This document shows positions 9,541 through 18,134 of a stretch of DNA of 32,000 nt, piece by piece. The notes beneath the pieces are model-generated. The model ran no database searches. It saw only the letters and a list, made by a program, of their open reading frames with translations, and was not told the DNA's origin. This DNA comes from Pseudodesulfovibrio piezophilus C1TLV30 (GTDB lineage Bacteria; Desulfobacterota; Desulfovibrionia; Desulfovibrionales; Desulfovibrionaceae): the NCBI RefSeq assembly GCF_000341895.1, contig NC_020409.1, positions 2,220,001 through 2,252,000 of the forward strand, written 5' to 3'. The position numbers and the translations under genes were made by a program. Within the stretch, counting starts at the first letter, position 1. Every line of letters starts with the position of its first letter.

Positions 9541-10970
9541 AGGGCACCTCTAGATGCGACATCTGTGGCAAATCTGTCCACACCCTCACGAGGCGCTACA
9601 AAGGGGAAGGGTACTGCTCAAGATGTTATGCACGCTACTTTGTAAAGCGACTTTGCCCTAAATGCGGTGAATCCGCTCGGCTACCTCTTGATGACACCTC
9701 CGCGATATGCCGCAAGTGCGAAGTCACAAAGCCGTGTATACGGTGTGGAAAAAATGAATACAGAACAGGAAAGGTTACTCGGTATGGGCCGGTCTGCAAT
9801 GCCTGCTCTGTGTACTTCCGCAAGCCACGAGCCTGCCCGAGGTGCGGCAAACTCTCCAGGAGGCTCTCTCGGGCTTTTAGGCTTGGAATCACTGAACAGG
9901 TATGCCCACAATGTTCAAACCATGACCGCGGCACTTGCAGATCGTGCAGAAGACATCGGCGTCTTTACGAATCGCCTTTGGGTGTTTTTTTATGCAAAGC
10001 ATGCCTCGAAACCGGAAAGATTCCTTGCCCGAAATGTGGGCAGCTAATGCCTGCAGGGAGAAAGGACAAATGTGAGCCCTGTTACTGGCTGGGAACTCTC
10101 TATAAACGTTTAAAACTGGACTATGCGGCATTCAACTCTCAAATAATGGCTGAACACTTCGAGACTTTTGGGAAATGGCTTGGAGGCCATTCTGGCTACA
10201 AAAAGGCAAGCTTGACCATTCACCGCTACCTTCCATTCTTCAAAGACATCGAATCAAGATGGCAATCAATACCTGAGTATTCGTCACTGCTTACGGCTTA
10301 TGATGTATCTCACCTTCGCCGACAGCTATTACCGATGAAGTGGATGGTGGAGAGCGACTTGATTCAAATCGACCTCTCGTTGAAGGCTGAAGCAACAGAA
10401 AAGCGACTCATTCATAACATCCTTGATTCACTCAGTGAAGGCAAAGTGAAAAAGGTTCTACTCGAGTACCACGACATCCTAAATCAGAGTTATAATCAAT
10501 CGGCAATCTCCCTTCGCTCAGTGCGACTGGCACTGCAACCAGCGAAACAACTCTTGTCTGAAGCGAATAGGCACAATCGAATTATACCGAATCAATCAGA
10601 CATACTTTCTCTTTTGCATAGAGTGCCGGGCCAACGAAACGCTCTTTCGAAGTTTGTCGGCTTCCTAAACGAAGCCTTTGGACAAAATCTCCGCCTCCCA
10701 TCGCCGACAAAAAGAGCCTCCATCGCAAGGCGTAAAAGACTCAAAGAAGAGTTAATACTATTACTTGCAGAGCATAACGACAGCCTTAAGTACAAGAAGC
10801 GATTACTTGGAGTCGCTTTGGCCTATTTTCACGACTTACCACTCATCATTGGCCAAACCCACCTTCACATTGTGAAGTCCGATCCGTCTGGCGGATTGGC
10901 GTTTCAGTTCAAAGGACATAACTATTGGCTTCCTGAGGATATTCGCAACAGGCTTTTTGCCTCACTGTGA
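9537..10970 (+). CDS. multi-CxxC zinc-ribbon protein, fifth gene of the transposition operon (function unknown; possible second target selector)
   Basis: 477 aa with an ATGA overlap onto tniQ. The first ~185 residues contain 12 CxxC pairs in a repeated 'CxxCG...CxxC' pattern, about six Zn-ribbons. The C-terminal part ('HFETFGKWLGGHSGYKKASLTIHRYLPFF') loosely resembles recombinase SAM-like/core-binding domains, but no catalytic motifs are seen. Confidence 0.65.
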   Translation: MKGTSRCDICGKSVHTLTRRYKGEGYCSRCYARYFVKRLCPKCGESARLPLDDTSAICRKCEVTKPCIRCGKNEYRTGKVTRYGPVCNACSVYFRKPRACPRCGKLSRRLSRAFRLGITEQVCPQCSNHDRGTCRSCRRHRRLYESPLGVFLCKACLETGKIPCPKCGQLMPAGRKDKCEPCYWLGTLYKRLKLDYAAFNSQIMAEHFETFGKWLGGHSGYKKASLTIHRYLPFFKDIESRWQSIPEYSSLLTAYDVSHLRRQLLPMKWMVESDLIQIDLSLKAEATEKRLIHNILDSLSEGKVKKVLLEYHDILNQSYNQSAISLRSVRLALQPAKQLLSEANRHNRIIPNQSDILSLLHRVPGQRNALSKFVGFLNEAFGQNLRLPSPTKRASIARRKRLKEELILLLAEHNDSLKYKKRLLGVALAYFHDLPLIIGQTHLHIVKSDPSGGLAFQFKGHNYWLPEDIRNRLFASL

Positions 10971-11254
10971 AAACAGCACCAACCACCTTAATCCTCACGA
11001 AGAAATAGGGCCAGTTTTTTAGACCAACCTCTATCAGATAAATTGTATTGAACTTAGAATTGTTTTTGATACGCTTGCGACCGATCGTGGTGTTGGAGAA
11101 GTGGGTTGTGATCTATTGATACCAACGAATCATTTGCTAAAGCTATTAAGCGAAATCTGAGCTTTTAAAAAAAATCAATAAGATGAAAACGATAGTAGTT
11201 GGTTCATAGTTCTATTTGGCTGATATCAAGCCATTAACAATATCGGAGCAAGTG

Positions 11255-12487
11255 ATGAATAACTCTCATGATCCTATTAGGCATTTAAAATATTTACGGC
11301 AATCTTTGGCACAAGACAATGAATCTATAGGTTTTTTCATCTCTGCTGGCTGCCCCCTATCTGTAGAAATGCCAGCTGATGAATGGCCGATAATACCAGA
11401 TGTTGAAAGGCTAACAGCATTTGTTAATGAGCAATTGAAGGCGAATGAGAAATATATCGTCCTTACTAATGAGTTAGTAAAAGCAGAGAAAAACACAAAT
11501 AATATTGAAGATATATTAAGCTTTGTTCGAAGTCTGCTGCTCGTTTCTAAAGGCGGTAAGGTCCGCGGATTGAGTGAAAGTGATTTGTTGTCTTTGGAAC
11601 GGGATATTTGTGCAGAAATTGTTAAAAAACTTAACGTGGATATACCCACAAAAGAGACCTCATATCATCGCCTTTGTAAGTGGATAAGATCAATTGACCG
11701 AAAGATCGCAGTCGAGTTGTTTACCACAAACTATGATCTGTTGATGGAGCAGACCTTAGAAGCGTTGGAGATTCCGTACTTTGATGGTTTTGTCGGAGCA
11801 AGGCGGTCCTTTTTCGACCTTAGGGCTGTTGAGGACGCTTTGATTCCTACCCATTGGTCTAGACTTTGGAAAATTCACGGCTCAATTAACTGGTATCAGG
11901 AAGAGTTTGAAGGTCAGAAAAAAGTATATCGATCTTCGGAAATCAAGGAAAACGCTTCGCATTTGATCTACCCATCTCATTTAAAATATGAGGAAAGTCG
12001 CAAGATGCCATATTTGGCACTGATAGACCAATTGAACAGGTTTATACGGAAGAAATCTTCATTCTTAGTTCTTTCAGGCTATTCCTTTAATGACGGTCAT
12101 TTGAACGACACAATCATAAATGCATTAAAAGCAAATCCAACAGCAATGGTACTTGGATTGATGTTTGACAGGTACGAGATGGAATCTTCACCAGATGCCG
12201 GGGATAGTGTTGAAAGATATCCAGAGGCATATCGATTGGCAAAAAACCAACACAATTTGAATATCTGGACATTCGATAAAGCTATTATTGGAACCAATTA
12301 TGGTGATTGGGGTGGGATCCGAGGTCAGGACGACGAGGACGATGAAATCCTAGAGTTTGTTCACCGCGAAGAAAGTGCAACTGATGAAGGGATAGAGTAT
12401 CAAGTGAGACTTGGGGATTTCGCGGTCTTCACTTCTTTCTTACAGCGGATAATAGGTACTCCTGCGGGGGGCCAAAATGTCAAATAA
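11255..12487 (+). CDS. SIR2-family NADase-like protein (SIR2-HerA defence system, SIR2 subunit)
   Basis: Motifs 'FFISAGCPLS', 'ELFTTNYDLLMEQ', 'WKIHGSINWY' (His codon at 11876-11878) and 'LVLSGYSFNDGHLN' are typical of SIR2_2-type defence proteins. The ATG at 11255 has GGAG about 7 nt upstream. The ORF-track start at 11216 is TTG. The 3' end overlaps herA by 11 nt. Confidence 0.8.
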   Translation: MNNSHDPIRHLKYLRQSLAQDNESIGFFISAGCPLSVEMPADEWPIIPDVERLTAFVNEQLKANEKYIVLTNELVKAEKNTNNIEDILSFVRSLLLVSKGGKVRGLSESDLLSLERDICAEIVKKLNVDIPTKETSYHRLCKWIRSIDRKIAVELFTTNYDLLMEQTLEALEIPYFDGFVGARRSFFDLRAVEDALIPTHWSRLWKIHGSINWYQEEFEGQKKVYRSSEIKENASHLIYPSHLKYEESRKMPYLALIDQLNRFIRKKSSFLVLSGYSFNDGHLNDTIINALKANPTAMVLGLMFDRYEMESSPDAGDSVERYPEAYRLAKNQHNLNIWTFDKAIIGTNYGDWGGIRGQDDEDDEILEFVHREESATDEGIEYQVRLGDFAVFTSFLQRIIGTPAGGQNVK

Positions 12488-14348
12488 GGAAACTTATCTT
12501 GGCGATGTGCAGGATGTGAATGGAACAACGGTTAGCATCTCTTTGTCAAAGGAGTCGTTGACTGGGTTTGTGTACATTGACGGACAAGGGTATCGGGTTA
12601 GTCAAGTAGGCAGCTTTGTTCGAATTCCTATAGGTTTTAACGATTTGTTTGGAATCGTCAGTCAGGTTGGAGCAAGTGCGGTCCCAGAGAATCAATTGGA
12701 ATCTCAAAATCATGGAAATAGGTGGATGACGATTCAACTTATAGGTGAAGGACCCAGGAATGGGGTCTTTCAGCGAGGTCTATCTCAGTATCCGACTATT
12801 GGTGATGAGGTCCATTTAGTCTCAGAAAATGAACTGCAAAATATATATGGGCAACCAGACAAGCCATATTTTGTAAAAGTGGGGCATATTTCAAATGCAG
12901 ACTCAATTCCAGCATTGATTGATGTCAATAAACTTATCAGTAGGCACTCTGCTGTAACCGGAACAACTGGCTCTGGAAAATCTACGACTGTAGCAAGTAT
13001 TATTAATGCTTTGTCTGACCGTGAGAAATATCCATCATCTAGGATAATAATGTTAGATCTTCACGGAGAATATGGCCAAGCGCTTCAGGATAAAGCTCAA
13101 ATTTATAAAATCAACAAAGAAACATCTCCAAGGTTGGAAGAGAATGAACTTCAAGTGCCATTTTGGGCACTTAATTTTGACGAATTGTGTGAGATCAGTT
13201 TCGGTGAGTTTAACAATGAAAAGGATCGGAATATCGTTATGGAGCGCGTCCATAAGTATAAACTTGAGTCCTTAACGAAGCATCCGCGAAAAGGAGTGTC
13301 TGCCGATACTCTTAGTGTTGATTCGCCTGTCCCGTTTAGTCTGCACAACTTATGGTATGAACTGTTTGTTGAGCAGTTTGGAACATACTATCGAGAAGGC
13401 GATGGTAAGCCGATAGAAAAATTAGCATACGAAACAGATGAAAATGGGGTTGAATTGAAAGGGAATCCTTCCGAGGGGATTCCTCCAATCTTTAAAAATA
13501 TTGCTACTGGGGCAGGTGAAGTAAAAGTTAATTATTTGCCTGGTAATTTAAATATTGGGAAACAGCTTTTGCTACTTGGGACCAAGTTGAGAATCCCACG
13601 ATATAACTTCCTCTTCAAGCCAGACGACTGGACCCCCAATGCTGAAGGTGACGTAGTACAAGATTTGGATACTCTTTTGATGAATTGGATTGGCAGCGAT
13701 AGACCTGTAACTATTCTAGATCTGTCTGGTGTGCCTGCCGACATTTTGCAAACAACTATAGGTGCACTCCTCCGGTTACTATATGAAGCCTTATTCTGGG
13801 CTAGAGACTTGTCTCAGGGGGGAAGGCATCGGCCTCTATTAGTCGTGATGGAAGAAGCTCACATTTATTTGAATGGCAACTCAAAAGGAATGGCTTCAAA
13901 AGTCGTACAGCGTATTGTGAAAGAAGGGCGAAAATATGGAATTGGAGCGATGATTGTTAGTCAACGCCCTTCGGAAATTAACTCAACCATATTGTCACAG
14001 TGCGGAACTTTTTTTGCCCTCCGGCTATCAAATGCTTCTGATAGAAGTCACATCACTTCTACGCTATCAGATAATTTAGATGGGCTAACAGGGATGCTGC
14101 CAATATTGAGAACAGGTGAAGCGATAATACTGGGTGAAGCTGTTAAGTTGCCTATGAGGACAACAATTGAAGCCCCCCCAAAAAACCGAAGGCCAGATAG
14201 CCAAGATCCTGTCGTTTATGATGAGGTCCCCATGGAGGAGTCTCAAAACCCAGGTGGCTGGGGAATCAAAATGGAAGCTGCTCCTCGCTATGACGAATTA
14301 GTAGAAGCTTGGAGAGCCCAAAATCCAAGAATTGACAAAGTTAAATAG
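12477..14348 (+). CDS. herA: HerA-like (DUF87) hexameric ATPase/helicase, partner of SIR2
   Basis: 623 aa. The N-terminus is HAS-barrel-like ('YLGDVQDVNGTTVSISL'). Walker A is 'GTTGSGKST' (12960-12986). Other motifs are 'DLHGEY', Walker B 'LLVVMEEAHIY' and 'RKYGIGAMIVSQRPSEI'. Confidence 0.85.
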   Translation: MSNKETYLGDVQDVNGTTVSISLSKESLTGFVYIDGQGYRVSQVGSFVRIPIGFNDLFGIVSQVGASAVPENQLESQNHGNRWMTIQLIGEGPRNGVFQRGLSQYPTIGDEVHLVSENELQNIYGQPDKPYFVKVGHISNADSIPALIDVNKLISRHSAVTGTTGSGKSTTVASIINALSDREKYPSSRIIMLDLHGEYGQALQDKAQIYKINKETSPRLEENELQVPFWALNFDELCEISFGEFNNEKDRNIVMERVHKYKLESLTKHPRKGVSADTLSVDSPVPFSLHNLWYELFVEQFGTYYREGDGKPIEKLAYETDENGVELKGNPSEGIPPIFKNIATGAGEVKVNYLPGNLNIGKQLLLLGTKLRIPRYNFLFKPDDWTPNAEGDVVQDLDTLLMNWIGSDRPVTILDLSGVPADILQTTIGALLRLLYEALFWARDLSQGGRHRPLLVVMEEAHIYLNGNSKGMASKVVQRIVKEGRKYGIGAMIVSQRPSEINSTILSQCGTFFALRLSNASDRSHITSTLSDNLDGLTGMLPILRTGEAIILGEAVKLPMRTTIEAPPKNRRPDSQDPVVYDEVPMEESQNPGGWGIKMEAAPRYDELVEAWRAQNPRIDKVK

Positions 14349-14360
14349 AAGGAGATCATC

Positions 14361-14570
14361 ATGGAAATGGAAAATGTAGAGTCTTCAAATCTTGCGGCAG
14401 TAGGGTACGATGAGGATAGTTCCACTATGCAGGTAGAGTTCAATAATGGTTCTATATACCAGTATTTTGATGTGCCTGAGCATGTTTTTGAAGAATTACG
14501 TGATGCGGATTCAGTTGGCAGATACTTTAATGCCAATGTTAAGGGCGTTTATAGGTACTCAAGGGTGTAA
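14361..14570 (+). CDS. KTSC-domain protein
   Basis: 69 aa. 'VESSNLAAVGYDEDSSTMQVEFNNGSIYQYFDVPEHVFEELRDADSVGRYFNANVKGVYRY' matches the KTSC domain pattern. The RBS AAGGAG lies just upstream. The gene starts 12 nt after the herA stop. Confidence 0.75.
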   Translation: MEMENVESSNLAAVGYDEDSSTMQVEFNNGSIYQYFDVPEHVFEELRDADSVGRYFNANVKGVYRYSRV

Positions 14571-15043
14571 GCGCGTCGAGGACTGCACTCTTCATTGCTG
14601 CTAGTGGGAATTCTGCCTGGACGGTTTTCGTGTCCGTTATGTGTCCGCTTCTTCTTTTTTGCCATGTGTAACTAATTGGAATTTAGTCCATGCTGCACGT
14701 TATGCATATGGCTTAGGTTCGATGTGTGACGAATGAAAACTTTTGTTTTCAGGCGGTTGTTTGCTGAACTGTTTGAGATCACTGTGACCAGCCTCCTTCA
14801 TTGAGAGTGTCGGATCAGGCTAGTGTGGCTGAATAATAAAGTTCTTAAGTCACAGGACGATTCCCGTCGAATTATCATATGCTGGCCAGAAGCGGTGTCA
14901 TCTATGATGAACTTGTTTCTCGCCTCGCTGTTATCGGTGTTGAAGAAACTGTCCAGGGCATCAAAGGCAAACTTCATCGCGGCACGTTCAGCTTCTTTTG
15001 GGTGCTACAATGCTGCCGTGCGTTGGATATCAAAGAGCTTCGA

Positions 15044-15892
15044 CTAGACTAGATCTGGCCTGATCAACTTTAGCAGCCCCGTATTGAGCAGCACAACCTG
15101 TTGCTCATAGGCTGGTATCTCCATCTTCTTCTGCTCTTCTTCAGTCCGGTGCAGGCCGAGCTGCTTTAATACGTAAAAGAGCATGGATCTTCGGACCTCA
15201 AAGACGGTTTCTCCGTCTTCCATTCCATAATCCATTTCGATGGCAGTTCTCTGGTTTTCATTCAAATCAGGATGAGACCCTATCCGGACAAAAAGAATTT
15301 CATCCCATTCCTCATCTGTCTGACCTTCGATCTTCGAGTAACCCCGATCACCTGTTTCTACGATTCGTCCAAGGACGAAATCCCTGAACTCTCCACGCAG
15401 AGAACAATATGCGCGAACGTGCCAACGGAACCCGTCATGGCCAAAAGCATGTGGCGTTATACGCCTCCAGGTCGGCTCAGGGCTGGACATGGAGCGATAC
15501 AGGATATCGATAGACTGATCATCCGCCATGGTTGAAAGCAATGTTCTGAGGATGTCTGTCGGAATTGCCCTTTTGGGAACAGGCAACCGCATCATTTCAG
15601 GCATTGGAGACAGAAATCCGTCTTCAAGCAGAAGATGTCCCAACACCTGATCCGGCGTCGGATTGATGATCATCGGCTTGAAATTCTTAGTAGGTTTGTA
15701 AACTTTATCAGACGGGTCATAGTGGGCGTTGTCAGGCGCAAGCTTGACGTACTCTCTGATTGCTGCAGAAGCGCGTTCTAGAGAGATACCCAGATAATCG
15801 GCCATATCCTTTCTGCTGGCTCTTCCGAGCCAAAAAAGCCTTGCTTCAAAAAATGCAAGACGCATATATTTACTGCTATGCTTGACTGTCAT
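15044..15892 (-). CDS. HTH-WYL domain transcriptional regulator (BrxR/CapW-like)
   Basis: 282 aa. The N-terminus is wHTH ('RKDMADYLGISLERASAAIREY'). The central WYL-type segment is 'RRITPHAFGHDGFRWHVRAYCSLRGEFRDFVLGRI', followed by a C-terminal extension. It is divergently oriented from the operon starting at 16001. Confidence 0.8.
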   Translation of the reverse strand: MTVKHSSKYMRLAFFEARLFWLGRASRKDMADYLGISLERASAAIREYVKLAPDNAHYDPSDKVYKPTKNFKPMIINPTPDQVLGHLLLEDGFLSPMPEMMRLPVPKRAIPTDILRTLLSTMADDQSIDILYRSMSSPEPTWRRITPHAFGHDGFRWHVRAYCSLRGEFRDFVLGRIVETGDRGYSKIEGQTDEEWDEILFVRIGSHPDLNENQRTAIEMDYGMEDGETVFEVRRSMLFYVLKQLGLHRTEEEQKKMEIPAYEQQVVLLNTGLLKLIRPDLV

Positions 15893-16000
15893 AAAAGTGG
15901 TGTGTTAGAAATTCAAACGGTTTCATTAAATCAACTACAAGAAGACATTCTCACAGTGTTTAATAAAAGTCAACATAGTCATAGTTTGTTTTAGGGGTTA

Positions 16001-17347
16001 ATGATGGCTTGGAACGATGTAATGGTCGCAGTCATGCGGCTTGTCGACCTGTACGACACTCCAAAAACTCCAGAGAACTTAGCAGCTCAAGTCGTTAAGG
16101 GAGGACGTAAGGAGTCCACTGACAATCCTGTTGCAGGAATGTTCTTTGACGCTGGAACCGCTGTCCTGGAGTACCTGGATGCGACAGAGGAGGAAGCACC
16201 CGGCACCTATACTCTTCTGAGTGTTGTCGTGAGAGATCTAAGGGAGGATTTTCCTGAATTTTCAGAGGATGACTTTCATTACGTGATCGCCAAGCTGACA
16301 GAAACATACCCAGTTTTCTTTGTTCGCGACGGGGTCATGATAAGAAATACAGCTCTTATTGATCGTGCCCCTGCAGGCAAGCGCATACGACTCTCAGTCA
16401 AAGGCCGAATGGCTTTGGCTTTATCTGAAGCTGCTGACGACTGGATTTATCTTGACTTGGATGCAGAGCGAATTGTGAGGGCAATAGGGCGTGGAAATTT
16501 CGGGGAAGTCGAGAAGTTCTGCATTGCCATGAAGCAGAGTATCAAATCGGCAAGCTTACAAGTCAGGGCCATTCTTGAAAAGCCTTCTACCAGTCTCGTC
16601 AAGGAGGCCCTTTACAATGACAACCACCTCTATGCAAAGACAGTAAGTAATATCCAAAAGACTGTGTCAAAGGGGTTGGACAATATGCAGAGCCCCGAGA
16701 CTCAAGATTTAATTGATGACTGGATAGAGTTGAGGCCGGAAGATGAAGGCATCGAATGGACAATCAAAAACAACCTACACACGATTAACTCTCTAATCGA
16801 AACTATCTCTCGAAATCTTGGCGATATCCTCGTGCGTGCCCAGCAAGATGGTGAGAGAACTCTTTCAATCCCAGACTTCCTTGCTGCTGCAGATGTCTTT
16901 GTGCTGAACAAAGACGCAAATGTCGCAGTCTCTGCAATCAATTTTCTCCATCGTCCCACGACCGAACATGCTTCCATTGTGGACGCCATCAAGCCGATCG
17001 AGATCAAAAAGGTCAAGCCAAGGATTGTTGCCACATTTGATGTAGGCGTAGCAGAGCAGGTGCTTACCATTGCCGATATTTTCCAAAAGAAGCACGGTGA
17101 CAGATTTCTTGAGCTGGCATCTGGAGGAAAGCTCTCCTTATTTGATTTGGTTCAAACAGGAGAACTTGATTCTGACAAAGTAAGTGACCTGGGTATTCTC
17201 CAAGGAGCATTTCTTGATGCCCAGACCATGGGCTTTTCAAAGGGCTATTTCAACGTATCCCTTGGTACAAAGCAGCTCTCAATGAAGATTCAAAAGAACA
17301 TGCATATTTTTCAAGACCTTATCCTTCAATATACCCCTGAGAGGTAA
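16001..17347 (+). CDS. hypothetical protein; JetA/kleisin-like by position in a Wadjet-like operon
   Basis: 448-aa ORF, first gene downstream of the divergent WYL regulator. Its size and position match JetA/MksB-type subunits, but I recognise no motif. The assignment is by synteny only. Confidence 0.4.
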   Translation: MMAWNDVMVAVMRLVDLYDTPKTPENLAAQVVKGGRKESTDNPVAGMFFDAGTAVLEYLDATEEEAPGTYTLLSVVVRDLREDFPEFSEDDFHYVIAKLTETYPVFFVRDGVMIRNTALIDRAPAGKRIRLSVKGRMALALSEAADDWIYLDLDAERIVRAIGRGNFGEVEKFCIAMKQSIKSASLQVRAILEKPSTSLVKEALYNDNHLYAKTVSNIQKTVSKGLDNMQSPETQDLIDDWIELRPEDEGIEWTIKNNLHTINSLIETISRNLGDILVRAQQDGERTLSIPDFLAAADVFVLNKDANVAVSAINFLHRPTTEHASIVDAIKPIEIKKVKPRIVATFDVGVAEQVLTIADIFQKKHGDRFLELASGGKLSLFDLVQTGELDSDKVSDLGILQGAFLDAQTMGFSKGYFNVSLGTKQLSMKIQKNMHIFQDLILQYTPER

Positions 17348-17350
17348 GTT

Positions 17351-18133
17351 GTGTTTCAAGATGCTGAATTGTTTAGTCGTTTTACAGGATGGCTGTTTAC
17401 CCATCGTCAAATCAGGACCAGAATTCCCAAAGGGGAGCGATTCAAGGATGGGGAAAAAGAACTGAGTATTGAGATCCGCCAGATTACAGACAAGGAACGC
17501 GCCTTCCTCATGGATTACTTTGCGTTCAATGGCTTCAAGCTCATTGTTTTTGGCTGGGATGAGTTCAAAGGAATACCTGAAGGTGGGCAGATATGGACAA
17601 TTGTTCGTGACCCCTTGGCTGGAGATCCGCCCCCTTGGATTTCTGAGGCCGAAGCGCGTGCCAGGCTTTCAATTGGTCCTGAGACAAAGAAAGAGACCTG
17701 TATTTGGACTCTCGTCATATATTTGCACTACCTGAGCTACACCTACACACTGATAGGTCGTCATCCTTCTGAGATCTCGCGCTATGTGGATGCCATTTTC
17801 ACTAAAGAACAGCTTTTTGAAGCTATCAAAGAGTGGCTTAACGAGCTTGCAAAAGAGAATTTTCAGAAAACTGAAATCATGACAATTCTAACGAGCGAAA
17901 GCGAGACTCAGCTATATCGGCGTGTTTCAAACTTGCTCGATTTCCTCAAAGAAACGAATTGCATCGCTTTCAGCAAAGAGGACAACGCGTATAGCCAGAC
18001 TCTCCTCGGAGCCGCTGAAGTCAATGAACATTACGATGGTGAAATCGCCTACCTTGTTCCCAAGGACGAGATAACCGAATCTGACCTCGAATCCATCCTT
18101 TTTGAAGAGCAGGACAACACTCCGGAGAATTAA
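17351..18133 (+). CDS. hypothetical protein; JetB/KITE-like by position in a Wadjet-like operon
   Basis: 260 aa. GTG start 3 nt after the upstream stop, with GAGAGG upstream. The C-terminal tail is acidic. Its size and position match JetB/MksE (DUF4194-like). The assignment is by synteny only. Confidence 0.4.
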   Translation: MFQDAELFSRFTGWLFTHRQIRTRIPKGERFKDGEKELSIEIRQITDKERAFLMDYFAFNGFKLIVFGWDEFKGIPEGGQIWTIVRDPLAGDPPPWISEAEARARLSIGPETKKETCIWTLVIYLHYLSYTYTLIGRHPSEISRYVDAIFTKEQLFEAIKEWLNELAKENFQKTEIMTILTSESETQLYRRVSNLLDFLKETNCIAFSKEDNAYSQTLLGAAEVNEHYDGEIAYLVPKDEITESDLESILFEEQDNTPEN

Positions 18134-18134
18134 G

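Noticed and set aside
14823-15047. 74-aa plus-strand ORF in the inter-module gap
   Set aside because: It has no RBS and a low-complexity composition, and it overlaps the WYL gene stop. I kept it only as part of the gap finding.
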